A stretch of 64,000 nucleotides of DNA from Candidatus Cloacimonadales bacterium. GTDB lineage: Bacteria; Cloacimonadota; Cloacimonadia; Cloacimonadales; JAIOQZ01. The translations under genes were made by a program, and so were the position numbers. The stretch's first letter is position 1. Every line of letters starts with the position of its first letter. Shown piece by piece: positions 19,912 through 29,425 of the stretch. The notes beneath the pieces are model-generated. The model saw nothing but the letters and a program-made list of their open reading frames with translations. It was not told the origin of the DNA and searched no databases. Where the stretch lies: NCBI GenBank assembly GCA_963665815.1, contig OY762463.1, positions 3,008,001 to 3,072,000 on the forward strand, given 5' to 3'.

Positions 19912-20231
19912 ATGACTTACGTTCGTCGCAGGATGCTACGTTTGTAGGGAACAATAATCATTGTTCCGGATTTTAAACCCTCTGATTCAACACAGTTGAA
20001 TCTTTCTTCCGTAGATGTTTTCGAAGAAATACATCCAGAATTAGCGTAGATGTTTTCGAAGAAACACATCCAGAGAAAGATTAGGGAGAACTTAGTCGTA
20101 CGAGCCGTGCAGTACTGTAATACGCGTAGAGGCAAACGGCCGTTTGTCTCAGGACAAGACGTTGCATGCAACGCCTCTACAGAGTCTCGAATCATGATTT
20201 ATCGAATTAAAGGATTTCAGGGATGACTTAC
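19912..20231. repeat. Cluster 1 of heterogeneous REP-like (GTAG-hairpin) palindromes
   Basis: GTAG-GGAACAAT/ATTGTTCC (19944-19967), GATTCAAC/GTTGAATC (19984-20002), a 30-bp tandem pair (20010-20039 and 20045-20074), GTAGAGGCAAACG/CGTTTGTCTC (20126-20150) and inverted AGACGTTGCATGCAACGCCTCTAC (20157-20180). Confidence 0.8.
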
Positions 20232-20410
20232 AGTTTTAGATGAAATTTACTTGCTTCATCAACTACCCCGATTTTGAAAAAGTATTTTTTATTTAGTATA
20301 AAAGAAAATGAAGGAATAATACTTATATTTTATATTGATATGCACAATGACAAGTTTATCTTCTGCGTGATAAACATTAGTATTGCTACAAGCTGAGAAT
20401 TCTATTCTTC

Positions 20411-21547
20411 TCAATCCCCTTCAATTGCTATAGATTCAAAATGAACTCCAAAATCGAATTGTATTTCATTGGAGCTATTTAAAATAAGTGGAGTTATTCC
20501 TACATTATCACAATGAAAAGAGTCACTTTCTGCACTATTGTAAATAGCGCCAAAAATCATAGGTAAGTTTGATTGTTGAGCAACCAAAGTAACTTTTAAG
20601 CTTGGCTTGTAAGCTGGAGCTATTGGCTCAAAACCCTGTGCTCCGGTATCAACATTGTTATAGTTGCCACTCACATCTATTGATAAAGAATCGCAGTAAT
20701 AACCGGGAAAATGATTTCCACTTGTCGGTGTCCAGATTATCGGAAAATACGAATTGTCAGCTTCAATATAAACGCTGTCCATATCTCCGGTATCTCCAAA
20801 GAAAGGGTAATCCAGCAAAGGAACATTCATCAGGTAATTACTGGCAATTTTGCATAAATTAAGATCACCGGTTGCTGATGTCAGGGAATCATCTAAAGTT
20901 ATTGAATAATTCCCGAGTCCAGTTACTTTTTTTTGTTCATGATTATAAGTGAAAACATACTCCGAACTCCAGTCACCATAAGTTAAATTATTTGCATAAG
21001 AAATATTTCCCGAAGCTTCAATTCTTATTCCGGATGAATCTGCAAAAATTGATTCTATTATTGAATGTCTTAAATCTGCTCCGGGAAGAAATGGTTGTGC
21101 ATACCAGGAAGACCCCCAACCATTCTCATCATTACCGGGATGAGGACGAATGTTAAATGTTCCATTTTCATCAATAATGGTTAAAAAATGGTGCTGATAA
21201 TGAAAGAGTTTGTACTCAACACAGGATTGCATCGTATCTGTTCTTGTCCAATATATATCTGAAGCAGTAACATAAAAGAATTGCTTTTCATTTGAAACCG
21301 GAGCATACCAGTAAATATTTTCATTTGTTTCCTGAAATTCCCCTGATACTGTCACTTCTTCGTAACCAAATCCTGAGTTTTCTGATGAGTAAACTTTATA
21401 ATGCTTATTATATTCTTTTTCCCAGCTTAATTCTATGAGGTTATCTGAGATGTTAATATCAAAACTTACTGGCGGATTTACACAGAACATAATGGAACTA
21501 TATAGTGAGAAAAGTGAGAAAAATAATATTACGGTGCATTTTACCAT
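20411..21547 (-). CDS. Secreted hypothetical protein with an N-terminal FN3-like module
   Basis: GGAGGA RBS before ATG 21547, hydrophobic signal, LSW..YKVYSS..KQFFYV module, then an acidic beta-rich domain. Confidence 0.75.
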   Translation of the reverse strand: MVKCTVILFFSLFSLYSSIMFCVNPPVSFDINISDNLIELSWEKEYNKHYKVYSSENSGFGYEEVTVSGEFQETNENIYWYAPVSNEKQFFYVTASDIYWTRTDTMQSCVEYKLFHYQHHFLTIIDENGTFNIRPHPGNDENGWGSSWYAQPFLPGADLRHSIIESIFADSSGIRIEASGNISYANNLTYGDWSSEYVFTYNHEQKKVTGLGNYSITLDDSLTSATGDLNLCKIASNYLMNVPLLDYPFFGDTGDMDSVYIEADNSYFPIIWTPTSGNHFPGYYCDSLSIDVSGNYNNVDTGAQGFEPIAPAYKPSLKVTLVAQQSNLPMIFGAIYNSAESDSFHCDNVGITPLILNSSNEIQFDFGVHFESIAIEGD

Positions 21548-21713
21548 TTTAGTTTTATCCTCCTGAAGTTTAATGACTAAATTTGAGTTTTTCAAATACA
21601 AGAAACTGTAGCTGATGAAAACTGTAAATATTTTTTTAGTATCACTCCGAACCTGTGTTAAAATGAGTCACAAGCTAATGTATCTCTACTCAGGTTTCAA
21701 AACTCTCAGGTTC

Positions 21714-22142
21714 GCACCTTACGGAGCTCATACCCTTATTGGGATCCGGTTCTACAAACAGTACGCTCCTAAAGGAGCTGACAAGAAACTCCGTAGGAGT
21801 GCCCCGTCAACATTGATAAACACAGGGAACAATAATCATTGATCCGGATTTTAAACCCTCTGTCTCCATTCTGTCGACATCTCCCTGATGGGAGAACATC
21901 CTTGGTGCAGAGCTTTTCCTTTATTGACAGTCCTAAACAAATATGTGCTCCCTCAACAGGGAGCTGGTTCCGATTATTTAATCGGAAGCTGAGGGTAAAA
22001 ATTCCTCGTGATATTTACTGCCTGGGGATAAACTTGAGCAGTTCTACTTAACCGCGTAGAGGCAACCCGATGGTTGTCTCAGTCCTTGCAGGCAGGATGC
22101 CTGCGTACCACATACGCTGAGACACAAGATGTTGTGTCTCTA
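21714..22142. repeat. Cluster 2 of heterogeneous REP/MITE-like palindromes
   Basis: GCTCCT/AGGAGC (21765-21778), ACTCCGTAGGAGT (21788-21800), TCTCCC/GGGAGA (21880-21895), GCTCCCT/AGGGAGC (21947-21964), TTCCGATTA/TAATCGGAA (21968-21987), GTAGAGGCAACC/GGTTGTCTC (22056-22080), GCAGGCA/TGCCTGC (22088-22104) and GAGACACAA/TTGTGTCTC (22119-22140). Confidence 0.8.
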
Positions 22143-22172
22143 AAATTACGGTTCAGTCAATGCACTCCATGT

Positions 22173-22203
22173 AAAAAGCGAACCGCATTTCTGCGATTCG
22201 CTT
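22173..22203 (-). terminator. Rho-independent terminator downstream of tRNA-Thr
   Basis: Minus strand reads AAGCGAATCGCA-GAAA-TGCGGTTCGCTT followed by a T run. Confidence 0.85.
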
Positions 22204-22214
22204 CAAATTTATTC

Positions 22215-22290
<76 letters not shown>

Positions 22291-22294
22291 CTGG

Positions 22295-25200
22295 TTACTT
22301 AAGAAGTATAGCTTTTTTCACATCTGTGAAATCAGCAGTTTTGATTTTGTAGAAGTATACACCTGATCCAACAGATCTGTTTTGATCGTTCTTACCATAC
22401 CAGGTAACATGATGATTTCCTGCATCCATTGATTCTTTAACAAGTGTTTTCACTTTTTCACCTTTCACATTGTATACAACAATTTCTACCTGTGATTTTT
22501 CAGGAAGTGAGAAAGCAATGTTTGTTTCAGGGTTGAATGGATTTGGATAGTTTTGCTGTAATTGAGCAAACTTAGGAATATCATTATCTCCGTTTCCATT
22601 TAACGGATCATAGTTAACTGTAAGGATATCTGTAGGAAGACTGAGTCCCATATCGTATTCTGCAACAACATAGTATTCATATAAAGTATTGAATTCGATA
22701 TTTTCTGACCAGGTCTCGCTCACGAGAGTAGAGTCAACAAGTTCAAACTGACCACTGAGGTATTTTCTGTATAATCTGTAGTACAGGAATGAAACTCTAT
22801 CAACTTCCGGAGCAATATCCCAGGTAAGAGTAAGGTTATGATCCTGAACAGTTCTCTGAAGGTTAATTGCAGGTCTCAGATATGTGAGTGCAAAGTTTGT
22901 GGATATAAGGTCTGATCCACTGGTAACAGCAATATTATTTACACCATCAGTTGAGAATCCCGGAAGAGTAGCAGCGATGTTGTATGTTCCCGGAGCTACG
23001 AATAATTCGTATGAACCGTCTGATTCAGCGTTTGCTGAGAAATCTCCTACAGAGATAACTACATCATCCATATCATTATCAGGATTCTGAGGATCTCCAT
23101 TGAGAGCAATCTGCCCACTGATTCTTCCACTGCTGAGAACAGCACCGGTAACGTTTACGTCATCAATAAACCAACCGCTTGCAGTTCCTGCACCATCAGC
23201 ACCAAAGTGCCATCTGATTTTAACGATGTTTCCTTCGAATGAGGAAAGGTCAATAACAACTTCCTGCCAACCGTTTGAGTTGCCATGGAAACATGGCTCT
23301 TCAGGTATACCTGCATTAGATGCATAGGTTGAACCGTCATAACCGCCAACCGGAGTCAGAAGCTGCCAAGGTCCGTTGTTAACAGAAATTTTTACGTTAC
23401 CACCATCGTATGGGGCAGAGATATTGTAATTCTGCCAGAATGAAAGCTGACTGTTAAGACCTACAAAGAAGTCCGGAGTATCAAGTGTGGAGTTGGAGTT
23501 ATTACTGTAATTCCAGTTAAGTCCTGTTCCGTAAAGGAAAGCTCCTGAGTGAGCGGTTACGTTAGCAGCACCGTAGTACCAGTCTCCTGCTCTTGTAAAT
23601 CCGCCATTTCCACTTTCAAAGTCTTCTGAAAGTCCTGCAGCACCGATACTGATAATGAATTGAGAAACAACGTCATCACCACCATCAACAGAATATGTTA
23701 AGGTGAAACCTGCTGATGTACCTGCTTGTGCACTGTTTGCAACAGTTAAATTGAAGGCACGCTGCATAATCATTTCAGGTCCGATAGCAGTAATTGTCTG
23801 CTGTGGATTAGTTATATTGATATCTGTGTTAGATGATGTAAGGGTAGCTGTCACGTTTCTTGCTTCGGAAAGTGAAGCGTTTTCAAAGTTGATAATGATA
23901 TCAGCATTTTCCCCCGGATCAATCTTACCGTCGTTGTTTCCTGCCAGATCGTTAATCATGAAAGAGCTCATACTAACGTCAGCTTTGTGAACGATTATTG
24001 AAATACTGAATGTCCAGTCTCTTGTTGAAGTGCTGACAACAACATCGAATGGTATTACCATTTCGTCCGGACAATCAGGGGAAACTGTGATTTCAAGTGG
24101 GTCAACATTATAGCCGTTACTGAAGGATGCTATATCTTCGTAGTCTGAAGCAGCCTGATTAATAGTCACATACTGGCTGACTGAACTCAAAGTTACGTCA
24201 ACATCAAAGGCTTCTGTGAGACCTGAGTTAACAAGCTCAATACCTATTTCAGCAGATTCTCCTGCATCAACATGACCTGTTCTGTTAGCATCGTGAACAT
24301 TGATTTCACCGATTGAAAGGTTTGCATCCTGATGAAGAATTGGTTTACCGGTAACGAATATAGCTGACTGGTTAGAAATAGGAGCAGCAGATGCCGGATA
24401 TTGGTTACTGTATGTATACTGAAGTCCCATTGTTTCTGTATGATCTTCAAAACCTACTGTACAATAGTTACCTGCCTGGTCACCGTATGCCATGAATGTT
24501 CCATCAACATTATTAAATACTTTCCATTGAATTTTGAATTCACCATTACCGGTTGTTGTGTTGTAATAGTTTGGATCGTAAAGAATAACCTGGAATGTTT
24601 CTTCGGCACTGTTGTATCTGCTTTCGCATTGTGACCATTCTACAATATATATATGATTTGCCTGATCGTAATAGTAGTATACTCCACCATTTCCAATATT
24701 CATATCATCCCAGAATGCAGCAATCATAGGAGATGGACCACCTGCATCCGGTACAGGATAATTTCTGAATGTAGATTGTTGAGTTTCGTATCCTCCAAAT
24801 GTTATGAAACCTCTTGAGCTGATACCTATTCTGTCATAAGCTTCACCATAGAATGTGAAATCAAATGGAAGATCAAAGAAGCTGATATACTCACTACCTT
24901 CATTGTTTGGATAGTGGTTGTCACTTGGAACATCCGCCATACCGGTGTTTGTTCCTGGTAAAGCACCTGCCTGAGATGGATTAATTTCAATCCAGTTATA
25001 AGTTGGTGACTGTTGATAAGCTACATCTGTTTCGTCGAATATTACATATCCGCCTGCATCCGGTCCTGTTGGATCTGTTTGAGAGATATTGTGTCCAATA
25101 GGAATAACAAATGTTTCTATTTGTTCAAAGTCATTGTTGAAGAATCTTGCTCTTACTTCTACCTGCATTCCTGGAAGAAGATCCGGAAGTGCTCTGATTG

Positions 25201-27778
25201 AGAATGGATTAGCGTTGTTGTTAGCTGTAGAACCAACCGTAATGGTTGTTCCAAAATCACCATTAGCATCTTCAACTGAAAGAAGACCGTTGTATGAATA
25301 TATCTCCGCTTGAAGATTACTTATGTCATAAGTTCCCTGATTATCAAGGTTAAGTATAAGATCTGCAGTTTGACCCGGATCAATATATGTTTGAGTTCCG
25401 TTGATACTGATACTTGTAATATCAACATGACCTGCAATAATGTCAAAAGTAAAGAATGAAGTCCAGGTATCTGTTCCATCTGTAACGTTCAGGAAGCAGT
25501 TAACGGTTTCATTATGAGGAGCATTATCAGCAACTGTAAATGTGAAATCTGTTTGTGAACCTGCAGTTTGTCCTGCATTAATATCAGGATAAGTGGCAGA
25601 ACCTTGATTTATTGTTACATATTGATTGTTTGTTGTAAGTGTGGCTGACAAGTTTGATTTATCATTTGATGAAGTATTTTCTACAACAACGTTGATTCCA
25701 ACCTGTTCACCCGGATTCACAACTGCATCATTATTACCGGAAACATCGTTTACAGTCATTCCGTTATAGGTAATCATATCACTGTTTGTGATTCCGAATG
25801 TGCTGATAATCGGATCATAATCAGGTTTTGTTATAACAATATTAACTGTTCCTGTTGAAGAGTTTTCGATTGGTACAACAGCTTGTCCGGCATTGTCAGT
25901 ATAAACATTTGCAGAGATTCCAAGTGAAGGTTCTGTAATAGAAACCCACGCACCTTCAACAGGGGCATTGTTTTCATCAAGAACGTTAACGTTTATGTAG
26001 TTTTGATTAACAGGTATTGAAGTAGCAAAGTTAGCTGACATTTCGATTGGGGCAGCTCTCCATACATCCATGGAAGGGTCACCTATAAGGTTGTTCCATT
26101 CTGTGAAATCCTGAATATAACTGGATGCACCTGAAACGTTTACGAAATGTCTGTAAAGCAAGAGTTTTCCGCGCATAATTGCTTCACCCATTGTGTGCAT
26201 GTTATCTTGATAAAGACCGTGCATAGTACCCATGGAAAGAGTATTATTCAATTGAGTGTGAGTACCGGATGTTGCCATACCGATGGCACATACTGCACCC
26301 TTTGGAGAACTTGGAGTACCTTTACGTACAACAAGCTCTGTTCTTGCTTCACTGTATGTGCTGGTGATTGTACCTGTATCACAAGTGTTGATCACAGCAT
26401 TAAAAGGCATGTTAGTGTTATTGAGTCCATTGATATCTGATGAATCCCAGCCACTCATTCCAATGTAACCTCTGTAGAAGAAGAATAATACACCTGAATC
26501 AAGCGTAGAGTTTACTGTGTTCGCACTTGGATTGCCATCGTACAGTTCAGTAAAAGTATGGCCCATATCATAATCAAGGATACGTTCTTTTGCATAACGG
26601 CAGGAAAGTACACATGATAATCCTGAAGGTGATGTGTCTCCAACAAGTAATGAGTGATCATAAGGATTCACACTTCTGTTTGTGTGTGCTTCATAAAGGT
26701 CAATTTTACTTGCAATAGTTGTAAACTCAGTAACATTATCAATTGAGATTCTACCGATAAAAATTTCCGGTAAAATATCATTTCCATCTAAAGTTGAATA
26801 ATCATGGTCACCCTGCCCAAAAGCTCCAATTGAAATTGAACCTTCGGCATCACCTACAATCATAAAATATTCAGGTGGATTCTGAGCAGTATTGTAAAGT
26901 CCCTGTACATAGCTTTTGATGCTTGTGTTTGTTGATCCAACTCCTGTATCAGAAGTACTTGCAACAGTAACATCGAATCCTTTCATTCTTTTCCATTCAG
27001 CAAGGAAATCAACTTCTATTCCGAGAGCTGTGTTTTGTGGGTAAACAATCAATAATGATCTGTTCTGATATACAGCATTTGGTCTCTCAAGAGTAAGAAA
27101 CTCCTGATAGTTAACCATTGCAGCATTGTAAAGGTTCTGGAAACTTCTTGATAAGGGTTTTTCTTCAGTGATTTCATTAATACCTGAAATCATTTCATTT
27201 GTAATTACTCTTAAAGTAACACGGTTTACAACCTTCAGTTCGTGAGTTTCTGGAGATACAACAAATGGTGATACTGAGAATGTAACCATTCTGAAATCTC
27301 TGAGTATTCCCGGTTCACTAAGAACATATTTAGGCTGAAGTTTTGTTTCTCCGGCGTTTCCTGTAGAATAATACTGAGAATTATACTGGAATGGTCTTTG
27401 TGAACCATCAAGTGTAATTCCTTGTGATGGATATATATTCATATACTGGTCATCAGTAAGTGTTTCAGATACTATCTCAAAGTTAACATTTCCCTGATTA
27501 GGCACAGCAAGTGATACTGAGAATACCGGTAATTCCGGATATCCAGCTTCAATGGTGTATCCTGCTTCAGGATGTGTGATTTTTGTAAACTCGATACCAT
27601 TTTCAGTGATTTTCTCTGTTTCATAATCATCGAGTTCAAATGTAATCTCGGTATAATGATGAGTTACATCATTTACTGTAAATAACGAGTAGTCGCAAGA
27701 TGGAGTTGAATTTTCCAAAGCATTCAACATAACAAAAGAAACTAACGTTATCAGTATGAAAGTGCAGACTTTTTTCAT
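22295..27778 (-). CDS. Large secreted C25 (gingipain-like) peptidase-family protein with propeptide, Ig-like repeats and T9SS-type/FlgD CTD
   Basis: AAGGAG RBS before MKKVCTF (27778), propeptide (GYPELPV), EWKRMKGFDV, IVGD, PEIFIGRI, INTCDTG, NLIGDPS and C-terminal QNYPNPFNPET...SGVYFY...KKAILLK. Confidence 0.9.
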   Translation of the reverse strand: MKKVCTFILITLVSFVMLNALENSTPSCDYSLFTVNDVTHHYTEITFELDDYETEKITENGIEFTKITHPEAGYTIEAGYPELPVFSVSLAVPNQGNVNFEIVSETLTDDQYMNIYPSQGITLDGSQRPFQYNSQYYSTGNAGETKLQPKYVLSEPGILRDFRMVTFSVSPFVVSPETHELKVVNRVTLRVITNEMISGINEITEEKPLSRSFQNLYNAAMVNYQEFLTLERPNAVYQNRSLLIVYPQNTALGIEVDFLAEWKRMKGFDVTVASTSDTGVGSTNTSIKSYVQGLYNTAQNPPEYFMIVGDAEGSISIGAFGQGDHDYSTLDGNDILPEIFIGRISIDNVTEFTTIASKIDLYEAHTNRSVNPYDHSLLVGDTSPSGLSCVLSCRYAKERILDYDMGHTFTELYDGNPSANTVNSTLDSGVLFFFYRGYIGMSGWDSSDINGLNNTNMPFNAVINTCDTGTITSTYSEARTELVVRKGTPSSPKGAVCAIGMATSGTHTQLNNTLSMGTMHGLYQDNMHTMGEAIMRGKLLLYRHFVNVSGASSYIQDFTEWNNLIGDPSMDVWRAAPIEMSANFATSIPVNQNYINVNVLDENNAPVEGAWVSITEPSLGISANVYTDNAGQAVVPIENSSTGTVNIVITKPDYDPIISTFGITNSDMITYNGMTVNDVSGNNDAVVNPGEQVGINVVVENTSSNDKSNLSATLTTNNQYVTINQGSATYPDINAGQTAGSQTDFTFTVADNAPHNETVNCFLNVTDGTDTWTSFFTFDIIAGHVDITSISINGTQTYIDPGQTADLILNLDNQGTYDISNLQAEIYSYNGLLSVEDANGDFGTTITVGSTANNNANPFSIRALPDLLPGMQVEVRARFFNNDFEQIETFVIPIGHNISQTDPTGPDAGGYVIFDETDVAYQQSPTYNWIEINPSQAGALPGTNTGMADVPSDNHYPNNEGSEYISFFDLPFDFTFYGEAYDRIGISSRGFITFGGYETQQSTFRNYPVPDAGGPSPMIAAFWDDMNIGNGGVYYYYDQANHIYIVEWSQCESRYNSAEETFQVILYDPNYYNTTTGNGEFKIQWKVFNNVDGTFMAYGDQAGNYCTVGFEDHTETMGLQYTYSNQYPASAAPISNQSAIFVTGKPILHQDANLSIGEINVHDANRTGHVDAGESAEIGIELVNSGLTEAFDVDVTLSSVSQYVTINQAASDYEDIASFSNGYNVDPLEITVSPDCPDEMVIPFDVVVSTSTRDWTFSISIIVHKADVSMSSFMINDLAGNNDGKIDPGENADIIINFENASLSEARNVTATLTSSNTDINITNPQQTITAIGPEMIMQRAFNLTVANSAQAGTSAGFTLTYSVDGGDDVVSQFIISIGAAGLSEDFESGNGGFTRAGDWYYGAANVTAHSGAFLYGTGLNWNYSNNSNSTLDTPDFFVGLNSQLSFWQNYNISAPYDGGNVKISVNNGPWQLLTPVGGYDGSTYASNAGIPEEPCFHGNSNGWQEVVIDLSSFEGNIVKIRWHFGADGAGTASGWFIDDVNVTGAVLSSGRISGQIALNGDPQNPDNDMDDVVISVGDFSANAESDGSYELFVAPGTYNIAATLPGFSTDGVNNIAVTSGSDLISTNFALTYLRPAINLQRTVQDHNLTLTWDIAPEVDRVSFLYYRLYRKYLSGQFELVDSTLVSETWSENIEFNTLYEYYVVAEYDMGLSLPTDILTVNYDPLNGNGDNDIPKFAQLQQNYPNPFNPETNIAFSLPEKSQVEIVVYNVKGEKVKTLVKESMDAGNHHVTWYGKNDQNRSVGSGVYFYKIKTADFTDVKKAILLK

Positions 27779-27857
27779 ACATTTCTCCTTACGTAGATTT
27801 TGTAGATTTATTAATAGTGTTAATAATTTCACCTATTAATGATGCACAAATAAAATA

Positions 27858-27874
27858 TGCAAATAATATTCCAA
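27858..27874 (-). promoter_or_regulatory. Candidate sigma54 -24/-12 promoter for the C25 gene
   Basis: Minus strand TTGGAATATTATTTGCA is GG-N10-GC with TTGCA, 80 bp upstream of the start codon. Confidence 0.45.
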
Positions 27875-27963
27875 TACCTGTTATGTCCACTTATTTTTTT
27901 TTGAAAGTATTGCTTATTTTGTTATCTGATCGTCTCTTTTGAGGTTGATTTGAAGTAGATGTC

Positions 27964-28001
27964 AAAAAAAACAGCAGTCGCTTATCTAAAAACAACTGCT
28001 G
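27964..28001 (-). terminator. Probable terminator of the efflux operon
   Basis: CAGCAGT/ACTGCTG stem followed by T8 on the minus strand. Confidence 0.55.
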
Positions 28002-28021
28002 CTAAATAAGATATGGATTTA

Positions 28022-29425
28022 TCAGAACCAGTTTCCTCCAAGTGCGCGATGCAGTTGGGTTTCAGCAGAAATTAAACTCTGGAAAGCACTGTTCATGGCT
28101 GAAACGCTATTCAGGAATGCTGTCTCTGAATCCTGCCAGTCGATGTAGGATAATAATCCGCTTTTATATTTCTCAGTATTGATTTTGTGTACACTTTCAG
28201 CAGAATTTTTATTTTCAAGAGAAAGTCTGTAACTTTCCTTTGCAACCATCAATGTTTTTAATGCGTTTTCTACATCTGAAAAAGCATTCAAAACAGTTTT
28301 CTTATAGGAGATTACTGCCTGTTCATACTGCTTTTTCTTTGATTTGTAATTATAAGTTTTTGCTCCACCAGTGAAGACTGCCTGAGACACTTCTCCTGAA
28401 AGAGTTCTTCTCATGCTGGTTTCTTCAAACAAATCATCAAAATCCATTGAGGCAAAGTTCCAGACAGCAGAAATTGATATTGACGGAAATAGGTCAGCAA
28501 ATGCTGCACCGGCAGATTGCCTTGCAGATTCCATTGAATGCTCAGCACTTACAATATCCCCTCTCTGTTTAAGCAGCTCAGATGGAATAATTTCAGGAAT
28601 ATCTATTATCCCAGAGTGTTTCATCTGTTCAGTATTGGTGGGATATGCAAATTTTTCAGGATATTCACCAAGCAGAACAGCAAGCTGATTTTTCAGATTA
28701 TTCAGTGCGTTTTCCTTACCTGAAAGCATCATTCTGGTGTTGTTATAACCTTGTTTAACTGTTTCAAAGGCTGCTTTTGGTATAATACCTTTTTTGTATT
28801 TCTTTTCAGTGATATTCAGTCTATGCTGTATCTGCTGTAGTTTTCTTTCTGCAATTCTCACTTCATCTGCCTGATATATAATGTTATAATGAAGAACAAC
28901 TGTCTGTACTATCAACCCATTATAAATAGTCTGCAGGTCAGCCTTTGAAGCTTTGTAGGCTTCCTTTACGGCAAGATGATTCGCTCTTACTTTTCCCCAT
29001 ATATCCAGTTCATACTTCAAGGCCAAGCCTGCGGAATAATTTGTAGCTGTAGAGTCTTTTGTTCCCCCCATTGGTAATGGAATCTTTTTGTCTGTTTCGG
29101 AATATCCTCCGGAGACAGCAGCTGAGGGTAATCTGCTGCCGCGTGCTGATTTATGCTGAGACTCCAGCATATTCAGTCTGGATAAAGCCAATTTCAGGTC
29201 CAGATTATTCTCGAGCATCATATCAATTGACTCATTAAGCTGAGGATCATTATATTTTTTCCACCATTCTTTGACAATGAGGCTATCTCTATCAATCATT
29301 ACTGATCCTGCATTATCAAAACTTTCAGGAATTTTACTATCATTTAGAGGCTTTTGTTTGAGAGGAACAAACGAACATGATACAGTAAATAACAGACTTA
29401 TTACTATTATGCTTAAGTTTTTCAT
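28022..29425 (-). CDS. RND efflux outer-membrane factor lipoprotein (TolC/NodT family)
   Basis: Lipobox VSC, WWKKYNDPQL, YELDIWG, PSELLKQRGDI and ALGGNW. Confidence 0.93.
   Translation of the reverse strand: MKNLSIIVISLLFTVSCSFVPLKQKPLNDSKIPESFDNAGSVMIDRDSLIVKEWWKKYNDPQLNESIDMMLENNLDLKLALSRLNMLESQHKSARGSRLPSAAVSGGYSETDKKIPLPMGGTKDSTATNYSAGLALKYELDIWGKVRANHLAVKEAYKASKADLQTIYNGLIVQTVVLHYNIIYQADEVRIAERKLQQIQHRLNITEKKYKKGIIPKAAFETVKQGYNNTRMMLSGKENALNNLKNQLAVLLGEYPEKFAYPTNTEQMKHSGIIDIPEIIPSELLKQRGDIVSAEHSMESARQSAGAAFADLFPSISISAVWNFASMDFDDLFEETSMRRTLSGEVSQAVFTGGAKTYNYKSKKKQYEQAVISYKKTVLNAFSDVENALKTLMVAKESYRLSLENKNSAESVHKINTEKYKSGLLSYIDWQDSETAFLNSVSAMNSAFQSLISAETQLHRALGGNWF

Noticed and set aside
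20010-20074. 30-bp palindromic direct repeat as a CRISPR array
   Set aside because: Only two copies separated by 5 nt, no spacer-length unique sequence and no cas genes; it begins with the REP-type GTAG.
19917-22051. ORFs 19917-20195, 21615-21842 and 21839-22051
   Set aside because: They are translations of palindromic repeat clusters with no RBS or protein-like motifs.
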